Positions 38,001-47,743 of a stretch of 64,000 bases of DNA are shown here, one piece after another. Under the pieces are notes generated by a model that had not been told where the DNA came from, made no database searches, and was given only the letters and a program-made list of their open reading frames with translations. Made by a program: the position numbers and the translations under genes. Location: positions 2,294,001-2,358,000 of the forward strand of contig OZ218953.1 of NCBI GenBank assembly GCA_965112735.1, read 5' to 3'. Numbering within the stretch: position 1 is the stretch's first letter; each line of letters begins with the position of its first letter. The stretch is from Phaeosaccion multiseriatum (Eukaryota; Protista; Ochrophyta, other classes).

Positions 38001-41000
38001 GAGCAGCATGACCCGAGGCTGCTGGAGATTGTAGAGGGGCTGATCGGGGTCATGAGGGGAGAGGAGGAGGAAGGAGAAGACGGTGAGGTGTCCTGGGCTG
38101 TCGCGGTGAGCGAGCTTCGCACTCGCAGTCAGCTCTTCGCGGACCTCAACACCAAAGTGATGGAGGTGGTGAGGAGGGACTTGTTGGCAGCGGTGCGTCT
38201 CGCATTCCAGTCCGTGGCCATCACAAGCAGTAGCAGTAGCGAGGGCGATGCAGAGGACGGTGCAATAGTTGGTGATACGGCATGTAGGGACGTCGTCGAT
38301 CCGCTCGTCTTCGCGAGGGCGCTGCAGACGAACGTGCCTTGCTCGACGCTTGTTGAGCAGCACCACCCCGAGCTGGTGGAGTGGGTAGCTCGCCTGAGCT
38401 CTGCTGCTGCTGCTGCTGCTGGGGGTGGAGGAGGGGGGGACGGCAGTAAGCGGAGAGACAAGAACAAGGCCCCGCGGCCATCGCGCGGCGGCGGCAGCAG
38501 CAGGAGAAACCCCGTCCCGCTTTGCTGGGAGGAGGTGGTGGCCTTCCTTGCTGCCGACCTCGGGGGAAGCAGCAGCGTCGTCGTGAAGGGTCCTCGCGTG
38601 GCGGCCGCCTTGATGCAAAGAAGTGGGAGTAGAAGTAGTAATAGTAGTAGCAGTAGCAATAGGAGGGTGGTGGTGGCAACTCCCCAGCGCAAGCGGCACC
38701 AGCGCCACTGGCTGTCCCACCTCAAGACCCAAGTGATGCTCCTCGTGGGTCGCTGCCAAACACACACAGGCCGACTCGGAGCCGCACACGACAACCTCTT
38801 GGCCGCACTAGAGGAGCTGAGGCGATCACGGAGGGATGACAAGCTCTGCGCGGTGGCAGTCTATGCCGCCCTTGGAGACTTGCTCGCCCTGCGGTACAAG
38901 GATCACGTGGCGGAGTCCGCCAAACGCGCACGCACCCTCGCGGAGCAATGGATGGCCAGCGAGGAGGGGCACTCCGTGTGGAGGCAGGAGGTGGCAAGAC
39001 TCATGGAGGAGTGCCGTAGAGAGGCTGTGCAGGCGGCGCATCAGGCGGCCCTAAGAAGAGCGGCAGCGGCGGTGGGCGCGGGCACGGGAGGAGTGGGGAG
39101 GCGGGGAAGCGGAGGAGAAGCAGGAGGAGGAGGAGGGGGAGGAGGGCGAGAGCCAGTGGCGACACCACTGCCGAGGGCAGAGGTGGAGTTTCGAACACGG
39201 GAGGCGTTGCTGAAGCATAGGACGAAGGTGTGTGTCTCTTGCTTGGGAAGGTGGTTGTGCTGCTGCGCTTTTTACGGATGACATCACGCGCTTCCCTTAG
39301 ACATTTTTCGGGACGACTTCACCTAACCTCCTTCCTCCCTTTTCCCCTCCCTCCCTCCCCCCCCCCTTCCCTCCCTTCCCTCCCTCCCTCCCTCCCTCCC
39401 TCCCTCCCTCCCTCCCTCCCTCCCTCCCTCCCTCCCTCCCTCCCTCCCTCCCTCCCTCCCTCCCTCCCTCCCTCCCTCCCTCCCTCCCTCCCTCCCTCCC
39501 TCCCTCCCTCCCTCCCTCCCTCCCTCCCTCCCTCCCTCCCTCCCTCTCTCTCTCTCCTCCCTCCCTCGCCAACGATCCTATACCCAGCTGTACATTCGCG
39601 AGCTGGAGGGGCAGAATGACGACCTGGAGGCAGGCTGCGTGTTCTTGACCCGTGCATGGGAGATACAGGAGGCCGCACTGGGCAGACACCACGCAGCCAC
39701 AGGGGGGGCGCTCGTCTCTCTTGGCAATCTGGCGGTCATTCAGCACGACTTCGCGGAGGCAGGGCTGTGGTTCCGGCAGGCGCTGAGCGTGTTCAAGAGT
39801 AGCGTCTGCTTCGCTCTGCCACAGCAGTTGGTGATACAGCGGCAGCAGCGAGAGCAGCGGCGGCGGCGGCGGCGGCGGCGGCGTGGCGGGGGGGAGGAGG
39901 AGGAGGAGGAGGAGGAGGAGGAGGAGGAGGAGGAGGAGGAGGAGGAGGAGGAGAGTGATGGAGGGGGGGTCGGTGGAAGCTATACGCCGGTAACCGCCAG
40001 TACAGCAGTGGCGCTGGGAAGGGTGCTGTTGAAGATGGACGAAGAGCAAAGTAGAGGACAGGGGGGGCAGCAGGCACGGGCGGGGTCCAGAGGAGGAGGA
40101 GGAGGAGGAGGAGGGGCAGGAGGATTGGGGGGCGTCGTGGAAGGCGAAGGAGAAGGAGGAGGAGGAGGAGGAGGAGGAGGAGGGGCTGGAGAAGGAGAAG
40201 GAGGAGGAGGAGGAGGAGGAGGAGGAGGAGGAGGAGGAGGAGGAGGAGGAGGAGGAGGAGGAGGAGGAGGAGGAGGAGGAGGAGGAGGAGGAGGAGGAGG
40301 AGGGAGAGGGGGAGGAGGGGGCAGCAGCAGCAACAGAAGCAACCTGACCAGTGCGAGGGGCGCCTCTGCTGGCGGGGGAGGGAACGTTCTTCCCGGGGGA
40401 AATACTCCAGGGAACACTCCAGGGGGGAACACTCCGGGAGGGAACACTCCGGGGAACATTCCGGCTCCAGTCCGGCCCGGTGCCCTGGTGCACGAGGCGG
40501 CTGCACTGCTCTCCGAGGCAGGCACCTTCTACTTGCTCAGGGTAGAGACAAGCCTCAGGAGAGCGGAGAGGGCGAGGGAGGGAGGCGGGGTGGGTGAGGG
40601 GAGCACGGGCAAGGGCAAGGACAAGGGGCTGGGCAGGGGGCTTGTGGCGGCAGGGGTGGGCGGGGCTATGGCGGCTCTGGTCAGCGGTGCCGGTGGTGGG
40701 CGTGGTGACGGTGTTGACGGTAGCAGCAGCACCAACAGCACGGATAGTCCGGAGGTGGAGACCGAGGCCCCTCTGCGCGATTTGGAGGAGCTCCTGGATC
40801 CGCAGGTAGGGTAGGGTATGGATTGGGATGCGATGGGATGGGTAGGGTATGGTACACGGTGGGCAGACAGGCAGGCACCTTGCTTCTTCTTCTCCTTCTT
40901 CTTCGCATAGTGGTGGTACGCAGGGTGCGGAATGCGGCGGCGGCTCTCCCACCCTTGCGGTCCAGAGGACCGCCCTAGGATCTCTTGCACGGCCGTGCTG

Positions 41001-41406
41001 ACTCACCCCTTCCGCTGCCCTGCCCCTTGCTGCCCCTACCCCTGCCCCCCTTGCCTCGGCCCCTGCCCTCCCCTCCTTAGACTCGGACATTTGGTCATCA
41101 CGCCCGCACGCTGTTTGCCGAAACCGCACGCATCTGGGAGGGCCTTGGAGAGAGAGGCAAGGCGGCAGACGCCCTCGCTCTGGCAGCCAAAGCCGCGGAG
41201 TGCGTGCATGGTCCGTACAGCCTGCAGACGGGAAGGGCATACAAGCGGCTCGGGGCGGCCCGGGAGGCCCAGGGGGGCGACTGGGCGAGGGCCAGAGAGG
41301 CATACTTGAGAGCCCGAGGGGTGTTCGCGGACCACTTTGGCAAGAGCGACCAGCGCGCAAAGCAGATGGCAGCTTGTGCCACGGCCTGTCATAAGCAGGT
41401 GGGTGC

Positions 41407-41499
<93 letters not shown>

Positions 41500-42310
41500 G
41501 TGTGTGTGTGTGTGTGTAAAGGACGAGGGGCCTGAGGAACGAAGGAAAGTAAATTCAAATGATTACACTATTTTCCTCCACTCCGTCCCCTCCCTCCTCT
41601 TGTTGACCTATCTCCCACCTCGCGACAACCCCCCCCCCCCCCCCCCCCCGCAGGCCGTCGCCACAGTGCTGTCGGCGGGGAGGGGAGGCAGCGACAAGGG
41701 TCAGCAGCGCTTGCAGCTTGAGGCCGCTCTCGCTTCGGCAAGGAGTCAAGGCAAGGCCCCAGAGCGACAACCCGCAAGGCAGCGGAGAAGCAATGATACA
41801 AAGCCGCAGAGGCAAAAGCAGCAGCAGCAGCAGCAGAGGGGGCCAAAGGCGGCAGTAGCACCGCCGGCGGAAGAGGCGCCCACAACGGGGACGACGGACC
41901 CCGCGGGGCCCGCATCGGACGATGAGCGGGGGGATGTGACGAGCCGAGAAGAGGAGGAGGAGGAGGAGGCGGGCGGGAACGACGATGGAGGGAGTTGCAC
42001 GTACAGCAGCGACGAGCAGGAGAGCCAGCGCAGTTCACACGCTCTTCTCAGTAGTGGCCACAACAGCGCGAGTGGACAGTCGCTTGCGAACAGCAGCAGC
42101 GGGGGGGGGAGGACCAGCGTGGCCAGCAGCGGGGTCAGCAACAGGGAGGGCCGAGGAAGGCACAAGGAGGAGCAGAACAAATCCGTTGAGCGCTCGAATG
42201 GAGAGCACGCAGCAGCCCCGGCCTTCGGTCAAGATGGCAAAAGCAGCGGCAGCGGCATTGTAGACGATGACGCAGATATGGACGACGAGAATGCCGACTG
42301 GCTGCTCTAG
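35091..42310 (+). CDS. Tandem Tudor/Agenet-like domains fused to a TTC23-like TPR protein, multi-exon
   Basis: Two micro-exons missed by the ORF track give MSLLRYPPGTRVDCLYDDIYYRGTVR|DVIAAP...FYTVVFDDGDIR. A second barrel follows, VGTKVLCLY..YYDGCIAKDHGDSTYQVDYEDGD. RIVALTRLCHGDASIEMTQALVDLSGCYAQQGL resembles the TTC23 family (recalled similarity), and kinesin-light-chain-type TPRs follow (AWEIQEAALGRHHAATGGALVSLGNL). Confidence 0.75.
39370..39545. repeat. (CCCT)n microsatellite, intronic
   Basis: Pure array before the acceptor at ~39587. Confidence 0.9.
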
Positions 42311-42550
42311 GCGACGAAATACCGACCGGCTGCTCTGGGCAGGCTCTCCTGTGTACAGAGTTTTATGTACACAAAAGTGTTTGTTTAGGAGCCCAACGTT
42401 CTCCACTGTTTCATTTTTTTTTTGTATACGTCCTGCCTGCTATGGAGCAGTGATGCTTCTAAACAGCACTCTAAGTACTCGGCTGAGCATGATGAGAAGA
42501 GAAGAGGGGGGCGGTGTATTTGGGAGGTACAAAAATGAAATGCACTCGGC

Positions 42551-43524
42551 TCATGGCAGGTCACTGAGTGCCATCTCAATGGCCTCCGTCACGTCCGGCT
42601 CCAGAGGAGACATTGGGCTGGGGAACACCGCCACGAGCCTCCCCCGGCGGTCCAACAAGTACTTGTGGAAATTCCACACCGGGGCCATGTCGTCTCCCAC
42701 CTCCTTCGCCAGGGCCCTAAAGAGGGGGTGCGCTTGTTCGCCCACCACCCGCTGCTTGGAAGTCAGCGGAAAGGTCACGTTGTACTCCTTACGGGAGAAG
42801 GCCTGGCGAGGAAAAAGGCGCCGGAAGGCACACGTATGTCGTACGGTGGCGAGAGGGGGGGGGGGTTGTACTGATCAGAGGTTATAGCTTGATGCGTGTG
42901 TATGGGTGAGTGTGCGCTTTGGGGGGTTGAAGGATACAGGTCCTGAGACCTCGCAGACCTGTCACAGACATTGCTTCTCATGCCTGCCTGCCTTCCTTCC
43001 TTCCTTACCACAATCTTATCCTCGTCCCATGGCTCCTGGGCCCCAAAGTCGTTGGACGGCACGGCAAGGACAGTGAGTCCATCTGCCCCGAACCTCCTGT
43101 GCACCAGCTCCAGCTCTCCCAGCTGCGGCGTGAGCCCGCATAGACTGGCGGTATTCACCAGCAGTACCGCCTTCCCTTCAAATAGTGCAGCCGCATCCAG
43201 AGCCTTGCCCGTCTCAATCTGGTCGAACTTCAGCAAAGCTGCGTGGGAGGAGGTCTGCACGTACACGGGGCTGCTCTCTGCTGCTGCCTCTTGTCGGCCT
43301 CCACTCCCATCTGCTCCTGCTCCTACTTCTTCTCGGCCTCCACTCCCGCCTGCTCCTCCTATTCGCGAGGAGGAAGAGATAGACCTGTTGCTGCCCGTCT
43401 CTCTTCGCCCCTTCGATAGCAGCTGAAGCTCTGCGCCTGACAGCCACGCAGATTGTCGGCACATCCCGCTACCGACACTGCGGCTGCATCTGGAGATTCC
43501 CCTCACCGCCGCGCGCAGAGCCAT
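42551..43524 (-). CDS. Cys-type glutathione peroxidase family protein, likely mitochondrial, 2 exons
   Basis: LLVNTASLCGLT (TGC codon), AVPSNDFGAQEP and PVWNFHKYL motifs; intron ~42804-43008; Arg-rich presequence MALRAAVRGISRCSR. Confidence 0.92.
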
Positions 43525-43943
43525 GAAGAAGAAGGAGGAGGTAAGAAAGGGAGGAAGGGAAGAAGGGAGGATATCAAGGGAGGGAGGGAGGGAAAGAAGA
43601 CAGGTGCCGTAAGTCAACGATACAGCTGGCCGGCCCCGATTCTCACACGGATCAAATGAGACAGCGGGCAAGCGTGTGCCGTTGCATAGCAGGAGTAGTA
43701 GTAGCAGCAGCATAAGAAGGGAAAGAGAAGGCCGGTGGGTCACTCACTTCCAATCAAAGGGGGTTGGCAGGGGGGGAAAGAACGGGAACTTCTTTCTTTG
43801 AAGCCGAGAGTGCCCAGCCAAGAGCTGGGGGAGAAGGACGAGGGAGGTTGCAGGGGTCCCCTCCATAAAAGGAGGAAGGGGGGAGGCACGTAGGATACAC
43901 GCGTAGCAAGAGCCGAGGGCGTGGTTCAGTAAGGTAGTCAGCG

Positions 43944-44744
43944 ATGGGGGACAGTGGGAGGGGAGGCCAGGCCGCCGCCATCCACCGCGACTGGAATGAG
44001 CGTGAGCTGGTGAGCATCATGCATCTCAACATTCTGAAGATCGCCAAGTTCCTCAACGACTTTGACGCCACCATGCGGCACAAGCTGGTGCAGCTCAACA
44101 GCAGGATTGGGAGCATTGAGCGAACACTAGAGTACTGCGAGGCTGCAGCAGCTGCCGCCGCCAATGGGACTGCATCAAGCTTTGCTTCGGCTTCCTCGTT
44201 CCCAAGTGCAAGTAATGGCACACTAGTGAGTGCGGCGAGTGAGTCTTCAAACTCTCTCACCGCCGTCGCTGAGGGTGGCGCCACAGGAGGAGGAGGTGTG
44301 TCGATTTCCCAACCACCGCCAGAGCAGCAGCCGCAGACCCCCGGGCCAGCGCCAGGTGGAGGACCAGGGATAAACCCAATGGCAGCAGCGGCAGCAGCGG
44401 CAGCAGCAGCCGTAGGAGGGGGAGCAGCAATGGCAGGAGGAGGGGGGGGAGGAATGGCAGGAGCAGCAGCAGCAGCAGGAGGAGGAGGAGGAGGAGGAGG
44501 AGGAGGAGGAGGAGGAGGAGGAGGAGGAGGAGAAGGAGGGGGAGGAGGAGCAGGAGCAGGAGCAGGAGGAGGTGGAGGAGGAGGAGGAGGTGGAGGAGAG
44601 GGAGAAGGAGGAGGAGGAGGAGGGGGGGGGGGAGCAATGGCGGGAGGGCCTGCAGCAAGAGGACCAGGGGGAGGACCGAGAGCGCCCCCGCCAAGAGGTC
44701 TTCCACCGCCTCCCAAGCTGCCCCCTCCACCGCCCGGGAGATGA
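43944..44744 (+). CDS. BRK1: BRICK1/HSPC300 subunit of the SCAR/WAVE complex with a ~200-aa Ala/Gly/Pro-rich C-terminal extension
   Basis: IHRDWNERELVSIMHLNILKIAKFLNDFDATMRHKLVQLNSRIGSIERTLEYCEA matches the BRK1 pattern DWxNRE...IxxFLNxFD..xRxxLAxLNxxLxxLERxxEYxEA. Single open frame. Confidence 0.88.
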   Translation: MGDSGRGGQAAAIHRDWNERELVSIMHLNILKIAKFLNDFDATMRHKLVQLNSRIGSIERTLEYCEAAAAAAANGTASSFASASSFPSASNGTLVSAASESSNSLTAVAEGGATGGGGVSISQPPPEQQPQTPGPAPGGGPGINPMAAAAAAAAAAVGGGAAMAGGGGGGMAGAAAAAGGGGGGGGGGGGGGGGGGEGGGGGAGAGAGGGGGGGGGGGEGEGGGGGGGGGAMAGGPAARGPGGGPRAPPPRGLPPPPKLPPPPPGR

Positions 44745-45473
44745 GAGATCCAACACCCTGTAGCCTACAAGGGTACCGGAAACATAACCCCACAAGAGTA
44801 CCGAGGAAGCGGCCGGGCGGTCAGAGGGAGGCGTGTACATGTAATAGAAGTATAATTATATCATTATCACGAAGCGAACGGGTCGCCCCCTGCGTAATTG
44901 CACCACTCTTTATCGGGCCTTACTTCGTCCGTGCATCCCGTCAGTCTACAAGTACAATGCCATCAATCGCAGGAGCTCATGTGATCGCGAAACTGATCAA
45001 GCATTTCACAAGTTGCTTGAGGCACGATGTGCCGGTTGTGGCTGCGGCATTGGTGCTCACCCCGCCTCAAAAGAGTCAAGCTGCTCTCTGACCAACACTG
45101 CCCGCAGCTGCAGCGCAGGCGCGCGGGTATGTCTTCGCCCTTGGGACACTCGAAGCGAGTGAGCTGCTTCTCTTCAACGAGCCAGGCTGTGGCCGCCCGC
45201 ATGTCCGCATGTAATCACGCGCACTACCCCTGCCCCCCCGCTTCGACGATGCCTGAGCGATCCCGTCCGAGTGGGCACCAGTGAGTGTCCTTTGCCGCCG
45301 CCCGTCTCCCCGCGAGTCAGTCACTCTCCGATGCGTGTGCGTCGATAAGGACGACGGTCACGTGTTCTGAGTAGGAGCACCGAGAAGACCTTGCTTGGAT
45401 CAGCATGCTCGCCTCATTGTGGCGTCTTGTGACATTCTTCCGTCACCTCCTGGTCATGAGCCCTCTTGACAAA

Positions 45474-46145
45474 TCAGTGCTGCTCTGCGCAGAGGAGTAC
45501 CGCTGCTGCTTCCGCAGATGCTGCCTCCTTTGTCCCTATGCACCAGCATCCTTGTGAGCCAGTTGCGTCGCTGTCAGCAGAGCCAAACATGCTCAGCTCC
45601 GAAAGAGTCCAAAAGACACACATCAGCGAGGCGGGGAAAAGCGGCTCCTCTGAATCGAGCCCGAAAAGCACCCTTTTGACCTTTTGTGTGAACAAACGAA
45701 ACAGCCCATCTTGCGTATGCTGGACAACCGTGTGTGCGCCCACCAGGTGGAGGAGGGCTCAGCTACTGGCTGCCCACCATCACCACCCCTTAGCTACTGG
45801 CTGCCCACCATCACCACCCCTATCCCCAGCGGCGGCAGCAGCAGCAGCACCCCCACTATCCTCTTCCCCAGAGTCCTCCGCGTCCGTGGCCTCCTCTACC
45901 TCCTCCTCCCCCACGAGGCGCTCCAGCAGTTGCCTCGGGACCCACATGTCTCCCTGGCACACCACGCACTCTCGGAGGGCGTCCTCGTTGCCGCTCACTG
46001 CTCTCACCATTGCCTGGAAGAAGACCCGCATGAGGGGGAGGACGGACGGGCCTTCGTTCACCGAGACGAAGACCGAGAGGCAACGTTTAAGGGAGGGACA
46101 GAGAATCGCAGGGAAGGGGGGGGCGGAGGAGGTCCAGTATAAGAC

Positions 46146-46228
<83 letters not shown>

Positions 46229-47486
46229 AAGAGATGAAAGAATGGACTTGTGAGCCAAGAAGACTGGAGAGAGTCGCAGGGCACCCCTTAGAGACAAAGG
46301 TGTGTGGGGGGGGGGAGGGGGCTTTATTGGCTGCGCAACGACCGTGACAGTGTCTTCATTCCCAGCCGACGCCCCCACTCCCTTGGCCCAAATAACTCGC
46401 TCTGGCTCACCCATACGCCCCCACCCACCTGCAGACATCTTGTCGGACGTGTAGGTGATGTACTCGTGTTCCTCTCCCTGCCGTATCTCGCCCGTCTGCT
46501 CCGTGTGCAGTTTCAGGTAGTCCCCCCCGCTCGTTTCCACCACTGCACAAGCACATTCAACAAGTATTCACATGCATGCTCGTTGGAGGAGTATGAGCTG
46601 GCGAAGAAATTGCCTCGCCTTCTCCATCTGTCTTCTCCCCATCCTCTCCCCCTCCCATCCTTCCACTCTCGTCGTCGCGACGCTCACCCCTCCCCTCTGA
46701 GTCTCAACGACCTCCGCCCGTGCGTACCCCGCCACCCTTCCCTGCCCCTGCGCTCACGACTCACCCAGTGACACCTCCTTCTCGCCGGCAGCGTGGTCAG
46801 GGGCCTCCCCTCCACATTGCGGCTGAGTTGAGACTGGCTGCTTGTAGATGAGCGCTAGGTTGAATCGTCCGTAGCCCCCGAGCTTGCAGCGGAGGCAAGG
46901 ATCTGTTTCCAACTCGGTTGCAAACAGAGCCAGCGTCACACTATCTTGTCCTCCGCCGCCCATAACCCGCCACGGACATGTCACGTGACCCTGCGAAGAA
47001 AAGGGGGCGGGGGAGGGCAGTGCGTGACGCCAAAGCAGGGCAGAAACGCATCAGCGATTCAAATTGAAACTTCTGTAGGCTATCGCGCGGATATTGTACG
47101 CAGTGACATTCGGCGAAGAGGACTGCCCTAGCCTGGTGTCACCTCACCTGGAACCACTTGGACGGCGTGTGTCCGTCGTAGCCGTCGGGCTCGTCACCCT
47201 CATCTCCCAACCCCCCGCAGCAACCTACGTGGTGTCCCTGGTGCGGATTCGACCGGGGATGGGCAGAAGCAGACGATGAAGCTGAGGCACCAGCAACAGG
47301 ATGGGAAGGAGCTGGAGGGGGCGGGATTGCAAAGATGGCACGTCCCTGTACGTGCACGTTCGGCTCCGGCGCCCCCGATGCATGAGCGTGATAGGCTATC
47401 ATGATATCACTTTCATCATCGCCATCACCGCCAGACTTCTCTTCTCTACCCAGCATTGTAATATCTTCCATTTTCTTCCCATCCAT
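45474..47486 (-). pseudogene. Hypothetical multi-exon gene with apparent inactivating lesions
   Basis: The first three exons have clean GT-AG junctions (ending ...SKWFQ, ...EKEVSL, ...DKMSA). The in-phase acceptor of the next exon reads AAAC rather than AG (~46085), and a 31-bp tandem duplication (45761-45821) leads to a stop. No family recognised. Confidence 0.4.
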
Positions 47487-47743
47487 CTCCTCCGCGCTCG
47501 TCCCCTCTCGGTTCTTGTAAGAAAGGGGTCTTCTCCTTCTTATTCCCTACTCCATAATAAGAGCAGAGCAGAGCGGCAATGTGGGGAGACGAAGTATTCC
47601 GGGGAAAGGGGTACTGTAAATTTGTTGTGATTTGATTTGGATTTCAGATTTGGTGGCTACAGATGGCGACCAAGTGGCGACGGTGGATTCGAATGCTGTA
47701 ACTGTCATTATGATATCATCACATTTATCCATCATTCGAGGAA

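Noticed and set aside
39297-41558. 753-aa minus-strand ORF
   Set aside because: Antisense shadow of the TPR gene plus repeats; no recognisable domain.
43130-43150. Possible selenocysteine in GPX
   Set aside because: The catalytic codon is TGC, not TGA.
9263-43524. NNT + GPX + carnitine acyltransferase + START as a redox/lipid gene cluster
   Set aside because: Different predicted compartments, interspersed unrelated genes and no evidence of co-regulation; would need conserved synteny.
1-44744. Myosin-WH2 gene and BRK1 as an actin gene cluster
   Set aside because: About 35 kb apart with six unrelated genes between; proximity is probably chance.
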